This document shows positions 41,215 through 50,930 of a stretch of DNA of 64,000 nt, piece by piece. The stretch covers positions 1 through 64,000 of the forward strand of contig JAZLKX010000057.1 in assembly GCA_045597865.1 (NCBI GenBank), written 5' to 3'. This stretch comes from Bacilli bacterium (GTDB taxonomy: Bacteria > Bacillota_I > Bacilli_A > RFN20 > CAG-826). Both the position numbers and the translations under genes were made by a program. Each line of letters opens with the position of its first letter. Positions within the stretch are counted from its first letter, which is position 1. Below the pieces are notes generated by a model. The model was not told the DNA's origin. It made no database searches and saw only the letters and a program-made list of their open reading frames with translations.

Positions 41215-41664
41215 ATGACTAGAAAAGAACTAGCAATTCAATATTTCAAAGAAGGATACAACTGCTCACAAGCGGTTGTTTTAGCTTTTAAAGACTTAAT
41301 TTCAGATCCTGAAAAATTAGTAAAAATTGCTGCACCATTTGGAGGTGGTTTGTCTCGTATGAGAGAAACTTGTGGAGCAGTTTCTGGAATGGTTTTAGTG
41401 ATGGGAAATTTATTTGGTTATGATACTCCTGAAACTGGAGATAAAAAACATGAACTTTACGAAAATACCCAGGTTTTACTGAGGATTTTTGAGAAAAAGT
41501 ACGGTTCTTTGACGTGTAGAGTGCTTCGCGGAATGACACAAATTCATGATGATTCGACGCCAACAAAAAGAGATCAAAAATTCTATGAAACGACGCCGTG
41601 CAGTGAACTTGTTGGAGGGGCTGCAGAGATTCTAGACGAATATCTAAGTAATAAGAAAAATTAA
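41215..41664 (+). CDS. C-GCAxxG-C-C family putative redox protein
   Basis: GYNCSQAV, FGGG, TCGAVSG, C-L, C--LV; true start ATG 41215 (track ORF overlaps the tRNA). Confidence 0.85.
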   Translation: MTRKELAIQYFKEGYNCSQAVVLAFKDLISDPEKLVKIAAPFGGGLSRMRETCGAVSGMVLVMGNLFGYDTPETGDKKHELYENTQVLLRIFEKKYGSLTCRVLRGMTQIHDDSTPTKRDQKFYETTPCSELVGGAAEILDEYLSNKKN

Positions 41665-41714
41665 ATAGTAGTTGAATAATTCAACTCAATATCATATTAT
41701 ATTACTCGCCCTTT

Positions 41715-41790
41715 GCCGTCGTAGCTCAGTCGGTAGAGCAACTGTCTCGTAATCAGTAGGTCGGGAGTTCGATTCTCTCCGACGGCACCA
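41715..41790 (+). tRNA. tRNA-Thr(CGT)
   Basis: ACTGT-ctCGTaa-TCAGT; acceptor GCCGTCG/CGACGGC; ACCA end. Confidence 0.92.
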
Positions 41791-41805
41791 CGAAATACCA
41801 GCTTT

Positions 41806-41881
41806 GGATGTTTAGCTCAGCTGGGAGAGCATCTGTTTGACGTACAGAAGGTCATAGGTTCGAGCCCTATAGCATCCACCA
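41806..41881 (+). tRNA. tRNA-Val(GAC)
   Basis: TCTGT-ttGACgt-ACAGA; ACCA end. Confidence 0.93.
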
Positions 41882-41940
41882 TTTAAAAAGATAACTCCCT
41901 TGTGGAGTTTTTTCTTTTAAAAGTATACAATAACAGCTAC

Positions 41941-42014
41941 GCACCGATAGTTCAGTGGTAGAACATCAGCTTCCCAAGCTGACTATGCGGGTTCGATTCC
42001 CGTTCGGTGCTCCA
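41941..42014 (+). tRNA. tRNA-Gly(CCC)
   Basis: TCAGC-ttCCCaa-GCTGA; U73 discriminator; TCCA end. Confidence 0.93.
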
Positions 42015-42135
42015 TAAACAATCTTGGCGGCATTTGCTGCCTTTTTTTATTTAATTTTATTTTGTTTGCTTACAATAAAATAAATTTTAGTGTAGAATAT
42101 TAAAAGTTTAGTAAAAAAGTAAAGGAGGAAGCCAC

Positions 42136-43947
42136 ATGAACAGAAGAATAAAACAACTATTTCTAGGTTTATTAGGCTTTTTTCCTTTACTACTCTCAGG
42201 ATGTAGTTTTGAATTTGTTACAAGACCTTACAGAGTTGATTTGAATTACACAGAATGTTCAATTTCTGTTAATGAAGGAATGCAACTTTCCTTAAGTGTT
42301 GTTGGAAGATCGGGGACATTAAAATCATCCGAGTATTCTTATACATGGAGTTCCTCAGACACTGATGTCGCAAAAGTTTCTGCAGCAGGTTATGTTACTG
42401 CAGTCGATGCTGGAAAAGCTTTTGTATTTGCAAATGTTCATATTTTAAATTCTAACAAAATACTTGTTGAAAAATGTTCTATAACAGTTATTGACTCTGA
42501 ACCAGTATCTGTTTCATTAAACAAAGAAACTGTTGACATTCAACAAGGCAAGTATACTCAGCTTTTTGCTGTTGTTGAACACACCTCAAACAAAAAAGTT
42601 TTATGGAAAAGTGACAATTCATTAATTTCCGTTGACCAATATGGAGATGTAATTGTGAATTCTTCTGTTCCTATTGGAACTACTGCAGTTATAACTGCAA
42701 CCAGTGTATTTAATCCAGCTATGTCAGCAAGTTGTACTGTAACAGTCATTGAGCCTGAAGAAGTTCAGTTAGATTATACAATTATGTATTATATGTCTGG
42801 TTCTACACTAGAATACGATGACTCAAAATCTGGTAGTGAATGCAATATTGGCTTATTTAGCGAAGATATCAAAGAAATTTTAAGTGTAGAATTACCAGAA
42901 AACGTTAGATTAATTATTGAAACAGGCGGCACAAAGAAATGGAATTTGAGTTCTGATTACATCGTTGGTGCAGATTCTATTTCTAATCAAAAATTACAAC
43001 GCTGGGAAGTTTGCGGCGGCAAAATTCAACTCATTGATTCTTTAGGAACGAATAAAATGTCTACAAAAGACTCCTTTGAGAGTTTCTTAAAGTGGGGCCT
43101 TAGTGAATACGAAGCAAATCAAATGGGCGTTGTTGTCTCAGGACATGGTTCTGGAATTGGGGGATGTGCTCCTGACGATAACAATAACTCGGATTACTTA
43201 ACCATTAAGGAAATGGTTGATGCTACTACTGGTGCCATTAATATGTCTGAAAGAGAAAAGTTTACTTGGTTAGGTTTTGATTGCTGTATGATGCAATCAG
43301 CGGACCTTGCATCTGTAATATCAGATAATTTTGATTATATGGTTGCTTCCCAAGAATCTGAATTTGGTGAAGGATGGGATCATGATATCTATCTTAAGGA
43401 ACTTGCAAAGGACACAAAGATAGAACCACAAAAGCTTCTTTCGTCTGTAGCATCAAGTTTTGTAGATTCGTACGACAAAACCAGTTGCTTATTAACTGAA
43501 CCTTGTTATCAAACAATGTCAGTTTTAGACTTATCTAAAATGGATAATTTTGTTAGACATTTCAATAATTTTACCGAACAAGTTGGTACCAGCCGTTCTT
43601 CAAAAGTTGATTATGCAGTTTATAGTTCTGCGTTCAGAAACTCACTTAACAGATTCGGATCAAAGAAATACGGCTTAGTTGATGTAAAAGATTTCATATC
43701 ACATATTGGTACATTAAAAGCTGACGTTTCTATAGACGAACTTCTTAACGCTTTAAGCGACTTAGTCATTGTTAATAATTTCTGCTCTAAATATGCAGTT
43801 AAACCATGTGGATTGAACGCATTTTTCCCAGAATCAGCCGATTCAAAAAGTAAGTTGCAGATTTTAAAATCTGACTATCAAGATGGGGTAACTAAGTTTG
43901 TTGACTATCAAAAAATGTGTTTAGCATACGGTAGTTTTTATTTCTAA
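42136..43947 (+). CDS. Lipoprotein with two bacterial Ig-like (Big_2) domains and a clostripain (C11) peptidase domain
   Basis: Lipobox LLLSG-C; WSSSD--VA-V--G-VTA and W-SDN--I-VD--G Big_2 repeats; YTIMYYM-GS-LE, ETGG, HG-G (His), GFDCCMM (Cys), YMVASQE. Confidence 0.85.
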   Translation: MNRRIKQLFLGLLGFFPLLLSGCSFEFVTRPYRVDLNYTECSISVNEGMQLSLSVVGRSGTLKSSEYSYTWSSSDTDVAKVSAAGYVTAVDAGKAFVFANVHILNSNKILVEKCSITVIDSEPVSVSLNKETVDIQQGKYTQLFAVVEHTSNKKVLWKSDNSLISVDQYGDVIVNSSVPIGTTAVITATSVFNPAMSASCTVTVIEPEEVQLDYTIMYYMSGSTLEYDDSKSGSECNIGLFSEDIKEILSVELPENVRLIIETGGTKKWNLSSDYIVGADSISNQKLQRWEVCGGKIQLIDSLGTNKMSTKDSFESFLKWGLSEYEANQMGVVVSGHGSGIGGCAPDDNNNSDYLTIKEMVDATTGAINMSEREKFTWLGFDCCMMQSADLASVISDNFDYMVASQESEFGEGWDHDIYLKELAKDTKIEPQKLLSSVASSFVDSYDKTSCLLTEPCYQTMSVLDLSKMDNFVRHFNNFTEQVGTSRSSKVDYAVYSSAFRNSLNRFGSKKYGLVDVKDFISHIGTLKADVSIDELLNALSDLVIVNNFCSKYAVKPCGLNAFFPESADSKSKLQILKSDYQDGVTKFVDYQKMCLAYGSFYF

Positions 43948-43970
43948 TAATTCATCTAGGAGGTATTAAG

Positions 43971-45689
43971 ATGGAAAATACAATTAAATTTGAAGACATT
44001 CCTGCAAAGAAAGTCTCCATGAAAGCAATCGAAGCAAAGCTTGTTGGCTTTACTAACGATTTAAAAGCTGCAAAAGATCCTTCTGCTGCTTTAAAAGTTA
44101 TTCGTGCATTAGAGAAATACATGGATAAGTTTGAAAATAATGCAACAGTTATTTCAATTCGCTACACGCTTGATACAAGAGATGAAAAGATTGCTAAGTT
44201 ACAAGATCAAATTGATGAGATTTCACCATTAATTTCAAATTTAATTAATGAATTTAATAAGGTGTTAGTGAAACATCCTTGCCGCAAGGAATTAGAGGAA
44301 AAACTTACACCATATTACTTCCAAATGATTGATAACTCACTTAAATCATTTGATGAAAAGATTATTCCTGAGTTAATTGAAATTAATAAGCTCTCATCGC
44401 AATACGATAAAGTCTTAGGTGGTGCTGAAATCGAATTTAGAGGTGGCAAATATAATCTTTCTCAAATGGGTAAATTTGCTAAATCGAAAGATAGAGAAGA
44501 AAGACGTGAAGCTGCTATCGCATCAGATAGATGGTTTGGCGAACACGAAAAAGAAATTGGTGACATCTATGGAAAGCTAGTTGAATTACGTGATCAAGCA
44601 GCTAAAAAGTTAGGTTTTAAAAACTTTATAGAACTTGGCTACTTATCTCTTGGAAGAGTCGATTATGATGCCCGTATGGTGGCTAATTATAGAAAACAGA
44701 TAGCAGACGAGGTTGTTCCAGTATGCCAAAAACTCTACAAGGAGCAAGCTAAACGCATAGGTATTCCTTTTAATAAAATGTACTCATACGATTACAACCT
44801 TTCATTCTTAAGTGGCAACCCAACACCAGAGGGTGATCCAGATCATTTAGTTGAGATGGGCCGCAAAATGTATAACGAGATGTCAAAAGAAACAGGTGAT
44901 TTCTTCCAATTCATGATTGATAGACACTTACTTGATCTTGTTGCAAGACCAGGAAAACAACCTGGTGGTTATATGACATTCCTTCCAGTTCAAAAATATC
45001 CATTTATTTTCTCAAATTTTAACGGAACAGATGGTGATGTTAACGTTTTAACTCACGAATTTGGTCACGCATTCCAAGGCTATTTATCTAGAAACATTAA
45101 ACCAGGTGATTTCCGTTCTCCAACACTTGAAAGTTGTGAAATACACTCAATGTCTATGGAGTTCTTTGCATGGCCATGGATGAATTTATTCTTTGGCAAG
45201 GATGATGAAAAATATCGTTATTCACACTTAACAGATGCCATCGAATTCCTTCCATATGGCATTACTATTGATGAGTTCCAACACTGGGTTTATGAACACC
45301 CACATGCCACTCATGAGGAAAGATGTGCTGCTTATAAGGAAATCGAAAATAGATATGAACCACAAAAGAAATACGACCCAGAAATGAAAACAAATGGTCA
45401 TGGTGGTTGGTGGATGAAACAACATCACATTTTCTCAACACCATTCTATTATATTGATTATACTTTAGCTCAAGTTTGCGCTTTCCAATTCTTAGTTGAA
45501 ATGACTAATAATCGTGAAAGAGCATGGAAGAAGTATGTTAAGCTTTGTAAGACTGGTGGAAAATATCCATTTGTTACATTACTTCAAAAGAATCATTTGC
45601 GTAATCCATTTGAAGACGGAAATATTCATAAGGTAATGGTTCCTTTAAGAAAAATTCTTAAAAGCTTCGATTTAACAAAAATCAAATAA
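43971..45689 (+). CDS. M3 family oligoendopeptidase
   Basis: GKQPGGY, FSNFNG---DV-VLTHEFGHAFQ, EIHSMSMEF, HIF-PFYYIDY-LAQ. Confidence 0.93.
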   Translation: MENTIKFEDIPAKKVSMKAIEAKLVGFTNDLKAAKDPSAALKVIRALEKYMDKFENNATVISIRYTLDTRDEKIAKLQDQIDEISPLISNLINEFNKVLVKHPCRKELEEKLTPYYFQMIDNSLKSFDEKIIPELIEINKLSSQYDKVLGGAEIEFRGGKYNLSQMGKFAKSKDREERREAAIASDRWFGEHEKEIGDIYGKLVELRDQAAKKLGFKNFIELGYLSLGRVDYDARMVANYRKQIADEVVPVCQKLYKEQAKRIGIPFNKMYSYDYNLSFLSGNPTPEGDPDHLVEMGRKMYNEMSKETGDFFQFMIDRHLLDLVARPGKQPGGYMTFLPVQKYPFIFSNFNGTDGDVNVLTHEFGHAFQGYLSRNIKPGDFRSPTLESCEIHSMSMEFFAWPWMNLFFGKDDEKYRYSHLTDAIEFLPYGITIDEFQHWVYEHPHATHEERCAAYKEIENRYEPQKKYDPEMKTNGHGGWWMKQHHIFSTPFYYIDYTLAQVCAFQFLVEMTNNRERAWKKYVKLCKTGGKYPFVTLLQKNHLRNPFEDGNIHKVMVPLRKILKSFDLTKIK

Positions 45690-45809
45690 GATAAGGCCTA
45701 AAGGCCTTTTCTTTTTATTAAACAACTTCTACTATAGATTAATTTATTTTTTAAATAACATTTGCTATAATATTTTTCGCGAAAATCTGTTAGGAAGAAG
45801 GATAAAAAT

Positions 45810-46607
45810 ATGTTTGATTTAGTTAATAATAAATTCAATTTTGAATCACCTATTGTTTGGGTTGATTTTGGAATTTCAGTTTTGCTCTTGGCATTTCTTG
45901 TTTATGTATTTTTTAAAATACATTTTAATAAAAAGAGCTTCATCTTTTTAACATCCTTAGCTGTTCTAACAATTCTTTCTTGGTTTTTTGGATTTACATT
46001 TGTTAATACTATCTGTTTATTTGCAATTGCTTCCACAATCATTGTTGTTGCAGTTTCAAATCAAAATGAGTTTAGAGATCTTGTTGGTACTTTTGGTAAG
46101 AAAAAGCATAAAGTCCAAACAGAAAAAGTTTATGATAGACATGCTGTTTGCCAAAAGATTTCACTTGCTGTTGAAACTTTATCAAAAACAAAAACAGGTG
46201 CTTTAATTACCTTTGAAAAAGGTATTAAGTTAAATGAAGTAGTTAAGAGCGGTACAATCTTACACTCTCCAATTATTCCAGAACTTCTTACTACAATTTT
46301 CTACACGGGTACAAGATTACATGATGGTGCTGTTGTTATTCGTAGAGACGAAATTCTTGCAGCATCAGTTTATTACACGCCAACAACAAGGCCATTAACT
46401 GGTAAGTTTGGTTCACGTCATAGAGCTGCTATTGGTATTTCTGAAATTAGTGATGCAGTTACAGTTGTTGTTTCAGAAGAAACAGGACGTATTTCAATTA
46501 CCTATAAAGGTGAGCTCATTCCAGTTCAACAAGATAATTTATTAAGAACTTTAGAAGAATATTTAATTAATGAACCAGCTGAAGGTTCAGAAGAAGAAGG
46601 ACAATAA
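45810..46607 (+). CDS. cdaA: Diadenylate cyclase CdaA/DacA
   Basis: Three N-terminal TMs, GALI, LHDGAV, GSRHRAAIG-SE, VVSEETG-IS; directly upstream of glmM. Confidence 0.93.
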   Translation: MFDLVNNKFNFESPIVWVDFGISVLLLAFLVYVFFKIHFNKKSFIFLTSLAVLTILSWFFGFTFVNTICLFAIASTIIVVAVSNQNEFRDLVGTFGKKKHKVQTEKVYDRHAVCQKISLAVETLSKTKTGALITFEKGIKLNEVVKSGTILHSPIIPELLTTIFYTGTRLHDGAVVIRRDEILAASVYYTPTTRPLTGKFGSRHRAAIGISEISDAVTVVVSEETGRISITYKGELIPVQQDNLLRTLEEYLINEPAEGSEEEGQ

Positions 46608-46609
46608 TT

Positions 46610-47941
46610 ATGGCTAAATATTTTGGTACGGACGGAGTCCGTGGAGTTGCTGGTGAGTTTATCACTGAAACTCTTGCTTATAAAATTGGCCGTTATATTG
46701 GACAATATCCAAACGGACATAAGAATAGAATTTTAATTGCTAGAGATACACGAATCTCTGGTCAAGGTTTAGCCGAGTCAGTTGGCGCCGGTGCAGTTTC
46801 ATCTGGTTCAGATGTTTATAACATCGGAGTTTCTACAACCCCATCAGTTTCTTATTTAGTAAGAAAGAATAAGTTTGATTATGGTGTAATGATTTCAGCA
46901 TCACATAATCCTTATTACGATAATGGTATTAAGATTTTTAATTCTGAGGGAGAAAAGCTTGATGCTAAGATTGAAGAATTAATTGAAGGATATATCGATT
47001 CTCCTGTTGATAGTCTTCCAATGATGAAAAATCAAAACATTGGCCGTTATTGTCCAATTGATGATTTAGTGCCTAGCTATATTGAATTTATTTGTTCAAA
47101 AGCTAGTCCAAAAGTAAAAGGCATGAAAGTCTATATTGACTGTTCAAATGGTTCTGCAAGTGCAATAGCTCCTGTCGTTTTAAAGAAATTGGGTGTTGAA
47201 GCAACAATTGTTTCTAATAAGCCAAATGGTATTAATATTAATGACCGTTGTGGTTCAACAAAAATTGCTAATAACTCAGATGCTGTCACTAAAGGTAACT
47301 ATGATATTGCCTTTGCTTTTGATGGCGATGCTGATAGATGTTTAGCAATGTCAAATGATGGTTTAGTGGTAGATGGTGACGCATTAATTTACCTTAATGC
47401 TATGTATTTAAAGAAGCACGGTAAGCTTAATGACAATACTGTTGTTATTACCGTTATGTCAAATTTAGGCTTAAAAAAGGCTTTTGCCGCTGAAGATGTT
47501 TCTATCCACGAAACAAAAGTTGGCGATAAGTACGTTCAAGCCGACATGAAGGCAAATAATTTATCCATTGGTGGCGAGCAATCTGGCCACATTATCTTCT
47601 TAGAAGATCTTAATACTGGCGATGGATTATTAACTATGGTTCACACTCTTAATGTTCTTGCAGAAGAAGGAAAATCTCTTCAAGAGCTCATTAAGAATTT
47701 AAAAATATATCCACAAAGTTTGAAAAATGTTCGTGTTGTTAATAAAGAAGCAATACTTGCACATCAAGGCTTTATGGAAAAAGTTGCTGAAGTTGAAAAA
47801 TCTCTTGAGGGAAATGGCCGCATTTTAGTGAGACCATCAGGTACAGAACCACTCATTAGAATAATGTGTGAAGCAGCAACTCAAGAACAATGTGATGAAA
47901 TCACATCACTTCTTGCAAAATTCGTGGAAGATATTCAATAA
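46610..47941 (+). CDS. glmM: Phosphoglucosamine mutase
   Basis: YFGTDGVRG, ISASHNP, DGDADR, VGDKYV, GGEQSGH, RPSGTEP. Confidence 0.95.
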   Translation: MAKYFGTDGVRGVAGEFITETLAYKIGRYIGQYPNGHKNRILIARDTRISGQGLAESVGAGAVSSGSDVYNIGVSTTPSVSYLVRKNKFDYGVMISASHNPYYDNGIKIFNSEGEKLDAKIEELIEGYIDSPVDSLPMMKNQNIGRYCPIDDLVPSYIEFICSKASPKVKGMKVYIDCSNGSASAIAPVVLKKLGVEATIVSNKPNGININDRCGSTKIANNSDAVTKGNYDIAFAFDGDADRCLAMSNDGLVVDGDALIYLNAMYLKKHGKLNDNTVVITVMSNLGLKKAFAAEDVSIHETKVGDKYVQADMKANNLSIGGEQSGHIIFLEDLNTGDGLLTMVHTLNVLAEEGKSLQELIKNLKIYPQSLKNVRVVNKEAILAHQGFMEKVAEVEKSLEGNGRILVRPSGTEPLIRIMCEAATQEQCDEITSLLAKFVEDIQ

Positions 47942-47942
47942 A

Positions 47943-48548
47943 ATGGAATTTCAAGAATTTTATGATTTTGTTGTGAAAGTTCATTCAATTGCAAAGATTG
48001 GATTAACTTATTCAACAGATCCTTATGCAATTGATAACTACAAAGAGTTAAATGAACTTTCTAAGAAGATGCTTGAGAACTTTATGAATGTAAAGTTTGA
48101 TAAACCATCAATGTTTACTAAGGAAGTTTATCCAACTCCAAATATCTCAGTTAGAACTGTTATTGCAAAGGATAATAAAATTCTTCTTGTCCGCGAAGCA
48201 AATTCTGGACTTTGGTCATTACCTGGTGGATGGTGTGATTTATATGATTCACCATCTAAGGCTGCCTTTAACGAAGTTAGCCAAGAGGCTGGAGTAGAGC
48301 CAAAGATTGTTAGACTAATAGGTGTTCTTGAGAGAACGCCACATAAATCTAACCAAAATGTTCCTGAATACTTAATAGTATTCGAAGGAGACATTAATCA
48401 TACGGAGTTCCATGACCATTGTCATGAAACACTTGATGTAAAATTCTTTGATATGGATTGTCTTCCAGACATGTCAAAGAAACTTTCAATGGAAGAAATT
48501 CAAAGAATTTTTGAAGCATATAGAAATAAGACGGTCATATTTGACTAA
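47943..48548 (+). CDS. NUDIX hydrolase with N-terminal helical domain (YjhB-like)
   Basis: IA-GL-Y-D-Y N-domain, YPTP, WSLPGGW, EV-QEAG; ATG 47943. Confidence 0.85.
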   Translation: MEFQEFYDFVVKVHSIAKIGLTYSTDPYAIDNYKELNELSKKMLENFMNVKFDKPSMFTKEVYPTPNISVRTVIAKDNKILLVREANSGLWSLPGGWCDLYDSPSKAAFNEVSQEAGVEPKIVRLIGVLERTPHKSNQNVPEYLIVFEGDINHTEFHDHCHETLDVKFFDMDCLPDMSKKLSMEEIQRIFEAYRNKTVIFD

Positions 48549-48563
48549 TAAGGAGGAAAACAT

Positions 48564-49280
48564 ATGCCAACACCACATAATGAAGCTAAAAAAGGCGAAA
48601 TCGCAAAGGTAGTATTAATGCCTGGAGATCCAAATCGTGCAAAATGGATTGCAGATAACTTTTTACATGATGTTAAATTAGTAAATCAAGTTAGAGGTCA
48701 ATTCTGTTTCACTGGATTAACTAAAAATAATAAACGCATCTCTGTAATGTCATCAGGAATGGGCCATCCATCAATTGGTATTTATTCACATGAATTATTT
48801 GCAGAATATGATGTTGATTTAATTATACGTGTTGGTACATGTGGTTCTTATCAAGAAAAAATTAATTTTTTCGATGTTCTTATTGGCGAACAAATTATGA
48901 CAGATTCAAATTATGGAGCACAACTTGGTTATGATTGCCATTATGAACCAAAAGCAGATGCTTCAATTGTTTCGGCAGCTAAGGAAGTTTTGGAGAAGAA
49001 AGGTTTTCCTTATCACTCTGGAAAAGTCTTTGCTGCAGACGTTTTTTATGACTTCAATAAAGATATTTGGAAAGACTATGCTGCTAGGGGCGCAATGGCT
49101 GTAGAAATGGAGTCTTTTGCTCTTTATATTAACGCTGCATATTTAGGCAAAAAAGCCTTAACAATGTTAACAGTCACAGACCACTTTTTGAAGGAAGGTC
49201 GTTTGACTCCAGAACAAAGACAAACTGGTCTTAAAAACATGATTGAATCCGCTATCGAATTAGCAGAAAAATACGCATAA
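48564..49280 (+). CDS. deoD: Purine nucleoside phosphorylase DeoD
   Basis: MPTPHN-A, LMPGDP-RA, GMG-PSIGIY-EL, RVGTCG, VEMES. Confidence 0.95.
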   Translation: MPTPHNEAKKGEIAKVVLMPGDPNRAKWIADNFLHDVKLVNQVRGQFCFTGLTKNNKRISVMSSGMGHPSIGIYSHELFAEYDVDLIIRVGTCGSYQEKINFFDVLIGEQIMTDSNYGAQLGYDCHYEPKADASIVSAAKEVLEKKGFPYHSGKVFAADVFYDFNKDIWKDYAARGAMAVEMESFALYINAAYLGKKALTMLTVTDHFLKEGRLTPEQRQTGLKNMIESAIELAEKYA

Positions 49281-49281
49281 A

Positions 49282-49878
49282 ATGGGATTATTAATTGCTC
49301 TTGTTATTTTGCTTGTTTTAGCAATTGTATTTTTTATAACTTTTCCTATAATTAAGAGGAAAATTATAGCAAAGAAATACAACATTTTTTGTAGCAAAAA
49401 AATAGGATCAATTGCAAAGAAAAATAATTTACTTTTTCTTACAAATTTAAGGCTATCAAATTATAGTGGTGAAGAGATTAATATCGACCACATTTTATTT
49501 GGTAAAAAATACATCTATATTTTGATCAATTATTTCTTTAATGGAGATATAAAAGGAACCTCTGAAAATAACTCTTGGATCCTTGAAAAAAGACATGATG
49601 AAGGTTGTGAATATATAGATAATATTTCAAATGATTTAACCGGGAAAAATGGGGTATTTTCAGAAAAAATCACTGCAAATCCCGAATTAATTATTCCTAT
49701 TGCAATAGTGAACAACGATTGTGAAATTAAGGTCAATGGTATTAATAACAATAATACTTTTGTTGTTCATTATTCCTCGCTTAAAAAATTGATAAAAAAA
49801 TTAGAGTCTAGAAGCATTGCAAATTTAGATTGCGAGCAAACAAAAAATATATACGAAAGTTTAGAAAATGGAAACTAA
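49282..49878 (+). CDS. Membrane-anchored NERD-like (nuclease-related) protein
   Basis: N-terminal TM, then IDHILFG-KYIY-I---F-G-I-G---W pattern like NERD, but the usual ExK residues are not evident. Confidence 0.55.
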   Translation: MGLLIALVILLVLAIVFFITFPIIKRKIIAKKYNIFCSKKIGSIAKKNNLLFLTNLRLSNYSGEEINIDHILFGKKYIYILINYFFNGDIKGTSENNSWILEKRHDEGCEYIDNISNDLTGKNGVFSEKITANPELIIPIAIVNNDCEIKVNGINNNNTFVVHYSSLKKLIKKLESRSIANLDCEQTKNIYESLENGN

Positions 49879-50890
49879 GAAAACTGGTGTGGTAAAGTCT
49901 GGATTTAAAGAGGCAATAAAAAGATTTAAAATCGTGTCGTTACCTCTTAGTTTTTTTGCTGTAATTTCAATAGGTATTTTAGTCCTTGGTTTTTACGCTC
50001 CAATAACATTAATTTTTACTATTCCATTTGTTGTAATTCCATCATTGTTTTCTGTTGCTGCAATAAACACGATTGCCCCTAATGAAAACACCCATGAAGT
50101 TATTGGATTTTTTATAATGTTCAAAGCTTATTTTACTCAAGTTTTTATGGGTGGCTATAGAATTATTATTGGATTATTAAAAGCCATTTTAGTTTTTCTA
50201 GTCTTATCGACTGTTTTGACTGCAATTTTAACCACAACTATTATCAGCAAAGATCCTGCTTATATTGAACTTCTTTCAATTACAGACCCTGCTCAACTTG
50301 CTGAAGCATTTAATAATTTTGTAGAAAGTAACGCAACATTTAATAATGTTATGGCAATTACCTATATGAGTGGTTCCTTTGGATTCTTCTTTATGTGCGT
50401 TCATCATTTTGCAGTTAACAGTTTTAAATACAATTATAATTTTTTAGCTTCTCTTCCTCTTCCTATGCATGATTTAAATGTGATTGATAAAGAAGTAATG
50501 AAAAAGCATAAGTGGAGTTATAGAAAACAGCATTATAAAGCATTTTGGTTTTTAGGTTTATTATTGTTGTTAGCCTATGCCGGGGGCGAATTATTTGCAT
50601 ATTTTGTATTACCTAATATTAATGTTGCACAAATTCCGGTTGTTGGCTTATTCTTTGCATTAGTTATTGGTTTATTCTTTATTCCTTATTTCTTGAATGC
50701 ATCTCAACAAATTTTTATTACCTTTAGACCTTTGTATGTTGATACATTAATTGATTTGTCAAAAAAGTCTCTTGATGAATTGAAACAAGCTAATCAAATT
50801 ACTGAAGATAAAGAAAAAGAACTTCTTCAAATTATTGAAGCTCAAAAGATTAAAGATAAAAAAAGCGATAAAGATAAGGAATCAAAGTAA
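49868..50890 (+). CDS. Hypothetical multi-pass membrane protein
   Basis: 340 aa, about 6 hydrophobic segments, charged C-terminal tail, overlaps upstream gene. Confidence 0.7.
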   Translation: METKKTGVVKSGFKEAIKRFKIVSLPLSFFAVISIGILVLGFYAPITLIFTIPFVVIPSLFSVAAINTIAPNENTHEVIGFFIMFKAYFTQVFMGGYRIIIGLLKAILVFLVLSTVLTAILTTTIISKDPAYIELLSITDPAQLAEAFNNFVESNATFNNVMAITYMSGSFGFFFMCVHHFAVNSFKYNYNFLASLPLPMHDLNVIDKEVMKKHKWSYRKQHYKAFWFLGLLLLLAYAGGELFAYFVLPNINVAQIPVVGLFFALVIGLFFIPYFLNASQQIFITFRPLYVDTLIDLSKKSLDELKQANQITEDKEKELLQIIEAQKIKDKKSDKDKESK

Positions 50891-50892
50891 TA

Positions 50893-50920
50893 AAAAAGCC
50901 ACTTCATTGAGTGGCTTTTA
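50893..50920. terminator. Bidirectional terminator
   Basis: AAAAAAGCCACTT-catt-GAGTGGCTTTT between a CDS and the convergent tRNA. Confidence 0.8.
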
Positions 50921-50930
50921 ATTTATTAAA

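Noticed and set aside
42015-45712. Genomic island integrated at tRNA-Gly(CCC)
   Set aside because: No integrase and no duplicated tRNA 3' end were seen downstream, and the flanking genes look chromosomal.
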